A stretch of 64,000 bases of DNA from a bacterium (GTDB lineage: Bacteria; Patescibacteriota; Patescibacteriia; Patescibacteriales; UBA12465), in NCBI GenBank assembly GCA_035400585.1, contig DAOMZR010000002.1:145121-209120 (forward strand), in the 5' to 3' direction. Of the stretch, positions 41,177 to 47,736 are shown piece after piece. The notes below the pieces were generated by a model, which searched no databases, was not told the origin of the DNA, and saw only the letters and a list, made by a program, of their open reading frames with translations. A program made the position numbers and the translations under genes. Each line of letters begins with the position of its first letter. Within the stretch, counting starts at the first letter, position 1.

Positions 41177-42202
41177 ATGAACAAAAAAAAAGGTAAAATT
41201 AAAGAATTTATCTATAAAAATATATCTCAACACCCCGGAAATATTGTTGCTTTAGTGGCGGAAAATTTTGGTATTTCAAGACAGGGTGCTTATTTGTATG
41301 TTGCTGAAGAAGTGAAAAAGGGCAATATTATAAAAGTTGGACATACAAGATCGGTTCGTTATTTTTTGATTGGTGGCGACAAAATTGAATTTAGTCTCAA
41401 AATAAAATCGGGACTAGAGGAGGATAAGGTTTGGTCAAAATATGTTAAACCAATGATTTTGAAATATGATAACAATGTTCAAAAAATTGTTAATTATGGT
41501 TTTACAGAAATGTATAATAACGCAATTGATCATTCCGGTGGTACCGTTATACATAGTAAGATTCAAATAGTTAATAATAAAATAATAATTATTATAATGG
41601 ACAATGGTGTGGGAATTTTTAAAAAAATTCAAGAAGCTTTATGTTTAGATTCTGTTAGAGAGTCAATTCTCCATTTGTCTAAGGGAAAGTTTACTACTGA
41701 TCCAACCAAACATACGGGTGAAGGTATTTTTTTTACTTCAAGGGTGTTTGATCATTTTTCGATACTTTCCAGTGATATGTATTATGGTTTTGAAAACGAA
41801 GACTGGTGTCTTTCCAATGAAAAAAAAGAGAGTTTTGGTCAAGGCACTTTAATACAAATGATAGTTTCTGTTTATTCAAAAAAAAGCCCGAAAGAAATAA
41901 TGGATAAATATGCCGATCAAGAAATCGGCTTCGGCAAAACAATAGTTGCGGTGGCTTTGAGTTCCGATCCTAACGATCCCCATGTATCAAGATCTCAGGC
42001 TAAGCGCTTGATGATGGGGCTAGATAAATTTAAAACTGTAATATTAGATTTTAAAAATGTAATTTCAGTTGGCCAAGCTTTTGTTGATGAAATATTTCGA
42101 GTCTTTAAAAATGAACATCCCGACATAAACATTCAATATGTTAATGCTAATGATGAGGTTAAAAACATGATAAAAAGAGGTTTATCAGTGATCAAATTAT
42201 AG
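41177..42202 (+). CDS. Fusion protein: N-terminal winged HTH, GHKL-type (histidine-kinase-like) ATPase, and C-terminal STAS-like (DUF4325-like) domain
   Basis: The 341-aa ORF has an N-box (EMYNNAIDHSGG), a G1 box (DNGVGIF) and a G2 box (GEGIFFTS). The C-terminal VILDFKNVISVGQAFVDEIF resembles a STAS/anti-sigma-antagonist-like fold. The N-terminal 60 aa are HTH-like. Confidence 0.55.
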   Translation: MNKKKGKIKEFIYKNISQHPGNIVALVAENFGISRQGAYLYVAEEVKKGNIIKVGHTRSVRYFLIGGDKIEFSLKIKSGLEEDKVWSKYVKPMILKYDNNVQKIVNYGFTEMYNNAIDHSGGTVIHSKIQIVNNKIIIIIMDNGVGIFKKIQEALCLDSVRESILHLSKGKFTTDPTKHTGEGIFFTSRVFDHFSILSSDMYYGFENEDWCLSNEKKESFGQGTLIQMIVSVYSKKSPKEIMDKYADQEIGFGKTIVAVALSSDPNDPHVSRSQAKRLMMGLDKFKTVILDFKNVISVGQAFVDEIFRVFKNEHPDINIQYVNANDEVKNMIKRGLSVIKL

Positions 42203-42220
42203 ATTTTTATTAAAAAACCA

Positions 42221-42255
42221 AAATAAAAAAACTCACTTTATAGTGAGTTTTTTAT
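42221..42255 (+). terminator. Rho-independent terminator after the 41177..42202 gene
   Basis: The sequence is aaaaaaACTCACTttatAGTGAGTttttt. Confidence 0.5.
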
Positions 42256-42388
42256 GTGGGCGCACAAGGACTCGGTCACGGTAGCTAAGCCTCGCTTAAC
42301 TGCTTCGCAGTTTACGCTCGCCAAGCTCCCCGACCCGGCCTCGGCGGTGCACAAGCGCACATCGCCTCCGGCTTTCGAGTCCTTGTGC
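42256..42388. other. GC-rich (about 65% GC) 130-bp element bounded by a perfect 13-bp inverted repeat; its first 19 nt duplicate the 3' end of adjacent tRNA-Val
   Basis: GTGGGCGCACAAGGACTCG (42256-74) is identical to tRNA-Val 42442-60. The inverted repeat is GCACAAGGACTCG (42262-74) / CGAGTCCTTGTGC (42376-88). The interior is full of short GC hairpins (CTGCGAAGCAG, GTGCACAAGCGCAC). Confidence 0.5.
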
Positions 42389-42442
42389 AAACAAACATAA
42401 AACAAAAATCATCCAAATAAATTTGGATGATTTGTTGTGTAG

Positions 42443-42516
42443 TGGGCGCACAAGGACTCGAACCCTGGACCCCTTCGGTGTAAACGAAGTGCTCTAGCCA
42501 ACTGAGCTATGCGCCC
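42443..42516 (-). tRNA. tRNA-Val (anticodon TAC)
   Basis: GGGCGCATAGCTCAGTTGGCTAGAGCACTTCGTTTACACCGAAGGGGTCCAGGGTTCGAGTCCTTGTGCGCCCA forms a cloverleaf. The anticodon loop is TTTACAC. Confidence 0.85.
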
Positions 42517-42530
42517 TAAATTGTGTCTTG

Positions 42531-42615
42531 TGGGCGAGAGAAGATTTGAACTTCCACGGCCACAATGGCCACAAACCCCTCAAGCTTGCGTGTCTACCAA
42601 TTTCACCACTCGCCC
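42531..42615 (-). tRNA. tRNA-Leu (anticodon GAG), class II with a long variable arm
   Basis: GGGCGAGTGGTGAAATTGGTAGACACGCAAGCTTGAGGGGTTTGTGGCCATTGTGGCCGTGGAAGTTCAAATCTTCTCTCGCCCA has a 3-bp D-stem, a GGCC/GGCC variable stem, and a TTCAAAT T-loop. Confidence 0.75.
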
Positions 42616-42631
42616 GCTCTCAGGAAAATTA

Positions 42632-42976
42632 CTAAGAATTTTTTACAACCCTTTCCTTTAATTTTCTTTTAAAATCTGAGTTTTTTAAGAAATAAAGTTT
42701 TGATCTTCTAACCGATGCTTCCTTTTTGATTTCTATTTTGGTGATAGTTGGTAAGTTTAATGGAAATATTTTTTCCACACCCACTCCATCAGAAATTTTT
42801 CTAACAGTTATTGTTCCACCAATTTCATTTCCGTGTTTTTTGGCAATAATAATTCCTTCAAAATATTGAACCCTCTCTTTTTCTTCTCCTTTGGTATTCA
42901 ATTCTTTTATTTTTTGATAAACTCTGATAGTCATTCCAGGTTTTAAATTTTCTATGGTTTCTTTTAAGTCTTTCAT
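42632..42976 (-). CDS. rplS: 50S ribosomal protein L19
   Basis: The 114-aa ORF has RVYQKIKE..RVQYFEGIIIAKKHGNEIGGTITVRKISDGVGVEKIFPLNLP. Confidence 0.85.
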   Translation of the reverse strand: MKDLKETIENLKPGMTIRVYQKIKELNTKGEEKERVQYFEGIIIAKKHGNEIGGTITVRKISDGVGVEKIFPLNLPTITKIEIKKEASVRRSKLYFLKNSDFKRKLKERVVKNS

Positions 42977-43059
42977 ATATTTAAGTTTTTATAAACCAGA
43001 TAATTAGTTTTAACTAAAAAATAAGGAAAAATATGTTTCCTCCTTCACATAATATGCTT

Positions 43060-43641
43060 TTATTTATTTTTTGTCAATGCCCCTTCTTTTAGTTTATTTT
43101 CAATAAAATTGTAAACCTTTTCAAAAACCTCATTAATACTTAATTTATCGGTGTTAATCACAAAATCATAGTTTTTTAAATCATAAACATCAATTCCAAA
43201 ATATTTTTCGTATCTGATTTTATCACTCTTGTATCTTTCTTGAACGCTTTTAACAACATCTTCTAGGTTGTTTAAATTTTTATCTTCATTTCTGTCATTT
43301 TCTTTCTTGAGGCTTTCAAATATTCTTTCAGCTCCTATTTTTTGGTCAACTTCTATGTATATTTTTAAAGAATGCGGAATAAAATACCAGGACGTGCGCC
43401 CCTCTATTATAAAATTATCAAGCTTTTGTCCCAGTTCTTTTTGGTAGTTATCAACCTCCAGGTCTGTTGATGGGTCGTTTTCTCCGAGTTTGTTATATTC
43501 AGCTAAGGTTAATCCCTTTTTTAGAGCGGCCTCTCTTCTTAAACCCCCCATATAATATCTGGGCCAATTCATTTTTTCTGACAACATTTTGGCAATTGTG
43601 CTTTTGCCGGATCCATGAGAACCGCTAATTGATATTATCAT
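43060..43641 (-). CDS. P-loop nucleotide kinase, archaeal-type cytidylate kinase-like
   Basis: The 193-aa ORF begins MIISISGSHGSGKSTIAKMLSEK (Walker A at the extreme N-terminus). Its size and layout are typical of short (d)CMP kinases. Confidence 0.5.
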   Translation of the reverse strand: MIISISGSHGSGKSTIAKMLSEKMNWPRYYMGGLRREAALKKGLTLAEYNKLGENDPSTDLEVDNYQKELGQKLDNFIIEGRTSWYFIPHSLKIYIEVDQKIGAERIFESLKKENDRNEDKNLNNLEDVVKSVQERYKSDKIRYEKYFGIDVYDLKNYDFVINTDKLSINEVFEKVYNFIENKLKEGALTKNK

Positions 43642-43810
43642 TTTTTTATAATTATCTTATTATAAAATACAGTTTATATTATTTTTTTAAAAATAACAAA
43701 TTTAACGAACGAATTGACAAAAAAATAACTTTCCAATATAATAAAAACTAGGACGAAAAAAATCGTCTCGTTTTGATGTTTTTAAATAAAAATGTAATTT
43801 ATATAATAAT

Positions 43811-43948
43811 ATGCCAAAGAGAACGTATCAACCAAACGCCAAAAGAGCAAAAAAGAAACATGGTTTTTTAAAGAGAATGAGAACAAAGGATGGGCAAGAT
43901 GTAATAAAAAGAAGAAAACAAAAAGGACGAAAAAAATTAACCAAATAG
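43811..43948 (+). CDS. rpmH: 50S ribosomal protein L34
   Basis: The ORF translates to [45 protein letters not shown] (45 aa). It is too short for the ORF track and lies directly upstream of rnpA. Confidence 0.85.
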   Translation: MPKRTYQPNAKRAKKKHGFLKRMRTKDGQDVIKRRKQKGRKKLTK

Positions 43949-43951
43949 TTC

Positions 43952-44317
43952 TTGCGGTTAAACATAAACAATAAAATGTTTAATCAAAAAAATAGATTGA
44001 GAAAAACTAAAGAAATAGAAAGTGCCTTTAAGATTGGCCGAAGTTTTTATAATAACATTTTAGGGTTTAAGGTAATAAAAAACGACCTGGAAGAGAGTCG
44101 TTTTTGTATAATAATTTCCTCTAAGATTAGCAAAAAAGCTGTTGTTAGAAACAAAATAAAAAGAAGAATTAGATATATTATAAATAGCGACTTGACAAAA
44201 ATTAAAAAAAGTTTTGATGTTATTGTTATTGTAAATAAAAATATTATTGATTTAGATTTTAGTGATTTAAAAAACTCTGTAGTTGATTCTCTAGAGAAGC
44301 TTAATCTTTATGTTTGA
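43952..44317 (+). CDS. rnpA: Ribonuclease P protein component
   Basis: The 121-aa ORF has ..[41 protein letters not shown]. It follows rpmH. Confidence 0.8.
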   Translation: MRLNINNKMFNQKNRLRKTKEIESAFKIGRSFYNNILGFKVIKNDLEESRFCIIISSKISKKAVVRNKIKRRIRYIINSDLTKIKKSFDVIVIVNKNIIDLDFSDLKNSVVDSLEKLNLYV

Positions 44318-44576
44318 TTTTTTAAAAAAGTTATATTTTTTTCCAAGAAAGGCAATTGTTTTTTTAATCAGTGTTTATCAAAAAACACTTTCTTTTGATC
44401 ATGGACCATTAAAATATTTATATCCGCATGGTTTTTGTCGTTTTACTCCGACCTGTTCTCAATATGGAATAGAGGCCTTCTCTAAATATGGAGTTATTAA
44501 AGGGGGTATAATGACTTGTTGGAGAATTATAAGGTGCAACCCGTTTAATAAGGGGGGGCATGATCCAGTAAAATAA
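44310..44576 (+). CDS. yidD: Membrane protein insertion efficiency factor YidD
   Basis: The 88-aa ORF has [47 protein letters not shown]. It overlaps the rnpA stop. Confidence 0.85.
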   Translation: MFDFLKKLYFFPRKAIVFLISVYQKTLSFDHGPLKYLYPHGFCRFTPTCSQYGIEAFSKYGVIKGGIMTCWRIIRCNPFNKGGHDPVK

Positions 44577-44602
44577 TTTATATAATTAATTAAGTAAAAT
44601 AT

Positions 44603-45340
44603 ATGCAAATTTTTCAAACATTTTTTTATCAACCAATATTAAATCTTTTGGTTTTTTTATATAATATTTTTGGTGATTTAGGGGTTGCTATTATATTGCT
44701 TACCATAGTTGTTAAGTTAATATTATTGCCATTATCTAAAAAATCAATAAAATCTCAAAAAGCACTACAGGATTTACAGCCTAAAATTGATGAGTTAAAG
44801 AAAAAACATAAAGGCAACCAGCAAGCCCTTAGTATGGAGCTAATGTCTTTATACAAAGAAAACAAAGTTAATCCATTTTCTTCTTGCTTACCACTATTAA
44901 TACAATTGCCTTTCTTTATAGCTATTTTTAGAGTTTTCCGTGATGGTTTTGCACAAAATCATTTAGATCTTCTATATTCTTTTGTAAAAAACCCGGAAAC
45001 AATAAACGTTATTTCTTTGGGATTCTTTAATTTAGCAGAAAAAAGCGTTGTTTTGGCTGTTTTGGCTGGTTTGGCCCAGTTTTGGCAAGCAAAAATGATG
45101 AGCACTAAAAAACCAATTATTGATAGTTCATCTTCAAAGGATGAAAGCATGACCGCTATTATGAACAAACAGATGCTTTATGTGATGCCAGCAGTTACGG
45201 TTTTTATAGGCATGACCATGCCAGCAGGATTAACTTTTTATTGGTTTTTAACTACACTGCTTACAGCTTTACAACAAAAATTAGTTTTTAAAAGCAAAGA
45301 TATCGAAAACAAAATTCCAGAAGTAAAGGTTATAAAGTAA
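44603..45340 (+). CDS. yidC: Membrane protein insertase YidC/Oxa1 family (short form)
   Basis: The 245-aa ORF has ..QPKIDELKKKHKGNQQALSMELMSLYKENKVNPFSSCLPLLIQLPFFIA.., which is a YidC core. It follows yidD. Confidence 0.8.
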   Translation: MQIFQTFFYQPILNLLVFLYNIFGDLGVAIILLTIVVKLILLPLSKKSIKSQKALQDLQPKIDELKKKHKGNQQALSMELMSLYKENKVNPFSSCLPLLIQLPFFIAIFRVFRDGFAQNHLDLLYSFVKNPETINVISLGFFNLAEKSVVLAVLAGLAQFWQAKMMSTKKPIIDSSSSKDESMTAIMNKQMLYVMPAVTVFIGMTMPAGLTFYWFLTTLLTALQQKLVFKSKDIENKIPEVKVIK

Positions 45341-45378
45341 TAAATAGAATAATAAAATTTTTGGTTTAAATATATAAT

Positions 45379-45409
45379 AAAAAAATGTTCTACGTAGAAC
45401 ATTTTTTTA
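45379..45409. terminator. Perfect palindrome ATGTTCTACGTAGAACAT flanked by A- and T-runs (bidirectional terminator-like)
   Basis: aaaaaaATGTTCTACGTAGAACATttttttt lies downstream of yidC. Confidence 0.5.
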
Positions 45410-45479
45410 TTATATATAATTAGGTTGTTATATTTAAAAATATTTTTTTTGTTTTTTATATGACTTTATATAAATTTAA

Positions 45480-45501
45480 AATTGTTCTACGTAGAACAAT
45501 T
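45480..45501. terminator. Second copy of the GTTCTACGTAGAAC palindrome, a 22-nt perfect palindrome
   Basis: AATTGTTCTACGTAGAACAATT abuts the stop of the minus-strand gene 45502..46224. Confidence 0.45.
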
Positions 45502-46224
45502 TTAAAATGTCCTGTCCTTACCAACAACAAAAGTAATTTTTTTATCACTTATTGAAATTGTTGCTGGTAAACTTATTTGTACTGAATTATCTAGAAGTAT
45601 ACTGAAATTGTTATTGGTTATTTCTATTGCCTTATTTATTGGTAAAATGGTTTTGTCTTTGTTTTTATTAAATACAAAAAATTCCAATCTATCATCTTGA
45701 GGTGAAGATTTTGTGTTTTTTGAAAATAGATCTTTATCGGCTAGATTTACTATCTTATATATTGTTTCTTTTTGGGAAAAAACAGAATAGGAATTGTCTA
45801 TTTTTATAGAGGTGTCCTTGTTGGTTATTTGACAATTACTTATGAAAAATAAATGATTTATTTTTCCAAGCTTAATGCTTTCGGTTCTTCGGGCCGAAAG
45901 TATAAAGGCAGCATCTTTTTCATTTTCAATTCCCAGGGATTCTGCTATTAAGTTATCTTTTCCAATTGGAACAATAAAAATAGGAATATTTTGGCTAATA
46001 TTAGCTAAAATATTTACAACAAGGTTGGCGGTTCTATCGTTTCCTAGTATTATAATTGTTTTGGCGCCGCTATTTATTTCTTTTTCTATTGATTCCGCTG
46101 GATTTTTAATTGAATTTAAATAAAGAATTTTTCCTTGAAGGCCTAATTTATTTATTTGTTCTTCAAATTTTCTGGTTTTCTTCTTGTATTTTTCTGTTAC
46201 GGCGTCATAAATAAAAACGTTCAT
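45502..46224 (-). CDS. DAGK_cat / YegS-like lipid-kinase-fold protein with a degenerate GGDGT motif
   Basis: The 240-aa ORF has ..IIILGNDRTANLVVNIL..IFIVPIGKDNLIAESLGI.., which aligns to the diacylglycerol-kinase catalytic domain but with GGDGT replaced by GNDRT. Confidence 0.4.
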   Translation of the reverse strand: MNVFIYDAVTEKYKKKTRKFEEQINKLGLQGKILYLNSIKNPAESIEKEINSGAKTIIILGNDRTANLVVNILANISQNIPIFIVPIGKDNLIAESLGIENEKDAAFILSARRTESIKLGKINHLFFISNCQITNKDTSIKIDNSYSVFSQKETIYKIVNLADKDLFSKNTKSSPQDDRLEFFVFNKNKDKTILPINKAIEITNNNFSILLDNSVQISLPATISISDKKITFVVGKDRTF

Positions 46225-46247
46225 AATTTGTTTTTATTTTTGTAGTA

Positions 46248-46640
46248 TTATTCGTTGTTTGTTTCTAAGCTTTCTTCTCTTCTGTTTTTTTGACCACTTA
46301 TTATTACTCTGCCATTTATTTCAGCCCCTCTTTCAATGGATATTTGAGAACATTCGATGTCGCCCAGTATTTTAGCACTTTCGCCAATGGCTAAGTATTC
46401 TGAAACGGAAAGATTTCCTACAATATTGCCCTTAACCATCATTTCTTGGGCAGAAATATTAGCATTTATTTTTGATTTTTCTCCAACTAAAACGGCCCCT
46501 CTAGTTTTTATTTCTCCTTCCAAAGAGCCATTAATTATTAAATTTCCGTTGCTTTCAAAATTTCCCTTTACTAAAACCGATTCTCCAATTATTGTTTCCG
46601 CCTCGGTAAAATTTTCAAAATTTTGATCTTTTTTAAACAT
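46248..46640 (-). CDS. Bactofilin (polymer-forming cytoskeletal protein)
   Basis: The 130-aa ORF has TIIGESVLVKGNFESNGNLIINGSLEGEIKTRGAVLVGEKSKINANISAQEMMVKGNIVGNLS, which is the bactofilin beta-helical repeat. Confidence 0.75.
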   Translation of the reverse strand: MFKKDQNFENFTEAETIIGESVLVKGNFESNGNLIINGSLEGEIKTRGAVLVGEKSKINANISAQEMMVKGNIVGNLSVSEYLAIGESAKILGDIECSQISIERGAEINGRVIISGQKNRREESLETNNE

Positions 46641-46785
46641 AGATTTAGAATTAATTTATTAAATGAGACCATGATTTATAATATAATTTTAGGCTAATAT
46701 TAGTCTTTTGTCAAAAATTGTGATTGACTTTTACCCCTTCTCTTGTTAAATTATTAAATATTAACAAGTTGTTTGATTTATTTTT

Positions 46786-46857
46786 GTCCCCATAGTTTAA
46801 TGGATAAAACGGGAATCTCCTAAGTTCTAAATCCACGTTCGATTCGTGGTGGGGACA
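46786..46857 (+). tRNA. tRNA-Arg (anticodon CCT)
   Basis: GTCCCCATAGTTTAATGGATAAAACGGGAATCTCCTAAGTTCTAAATCCACGTTCGATTCGTGGTGGGGACA has anticodon loop CTCCTAA and a perfect T-arm CCACG/CGTGG. Confidence 0.8.
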
Positions 46858-46870
46858 CTTTTTAAAATAT

Positions 46871-47647
46871 ATGGATAATTTAAATTTTGAAAACAAAAGG
46901 GGAGTTGAACAGGAAATCAATTATTTAGGATCAATTAATAATCGAAAATATGTAGAAAATGTAGAAAAAAAGTTAACAGATTTTTTGGCTATAAATTATT
47001 TGATTGAAAACAAAAGTTGTAAAGATCCAAAGTCTTTTTTAGTCTGGCTTAAGAACGAAAAAAAAGAAATGTTTGAACGGTTGACGAGAGAAATTGATTT
47101 AAAACTTAGAGAAATAATGGACAAACGCGTTGTTAAAAATAGACATATTTTTTTAAGAGAAATTAATGAAAACGATCAATTTGAAATAATAGAAAAAAGC
47201 CAAGCAAATGGATTTGATCCTTGTGATCCTAAAACTGATTTTGCCAATGACTTGCATGCCACTATTGTAGAAGAGATGAGCGGCGAATATTCTGACTTAG
47301 AATATTATTCTGCTGGCGGATCTCATCTTGATTATTGTGGTGTTGACGCCTTTTTTAAATTTAAATATTTAAATGACCACGGAGAAGAAGACTTTGTTAG
47401 GGTTTGTCTAGATTTAACTAGTAATACTTTAGAAAACAAGAATATTAATAAAACCGAAAAAATAAAAAATGGTGGGAAGTCTTTGACAGATTTAGTTTTG
47501 TTTATTGAAGATGAAGAATATAATAGAAAAAAACACGAAAAAAAGATAAAAGATTTTTCTAAACAAATAATAGAAATAATCGGAACAAAAATTGATGAAA
47601 AGAAAAAAGAAAAAAAAGTTTCAACTCAAAAAAATTTTTATACCTAA
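46871..47647 (+). CDS. Hypothetical protein
   Basis: The 258-aa ORF is charged/K-rich with no recognisable motifs. A weak terminator-like hairpin follows it. Confidence 0.45.
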   Translation: MDNLNFENKRGVEQEINYLGSINNRKYVENVEKKLTDFLAINYLIENKSCKDPKSFLVWLKNEKKEMFERLTREIDLKLREIMDKRVVKNRHIFLREINENDQFEIIEKSQANGFDPCDPKTDFANDLHATIVEEMSGEYSDLEYYSAGGSHLDYCGVDAFFKFKYLNDHGEEDFVRVCLDLTSNTLENKNINKTEKIKNGGKSLTDLVLFIEDEEYNRKKHEKKIKDFSKQIIEIIGTKIDEKKKEKKVSTQKNFYT

Positions 47648-47736
47648 TTTCTTTTATTAGTATTAAAATAAAAAAAGACAGTTTTATCAACCGTCTTTTT
47701 TTTATTTGATAATTTTTGATTTGTCTTAATAACTCT

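Noticed and set aside
42256-42388. Interpretation of the GC-rich element as a second complete tRNA or a tmRNA
   Set aside because: There is no 5' acceptor-strand complement (GGGCGCA) and no anticodon arm. It is too short for tmRNA (about 350 nt) and has no tag-peptide ORF. It is kept as an unclassified element or att-like remnant.
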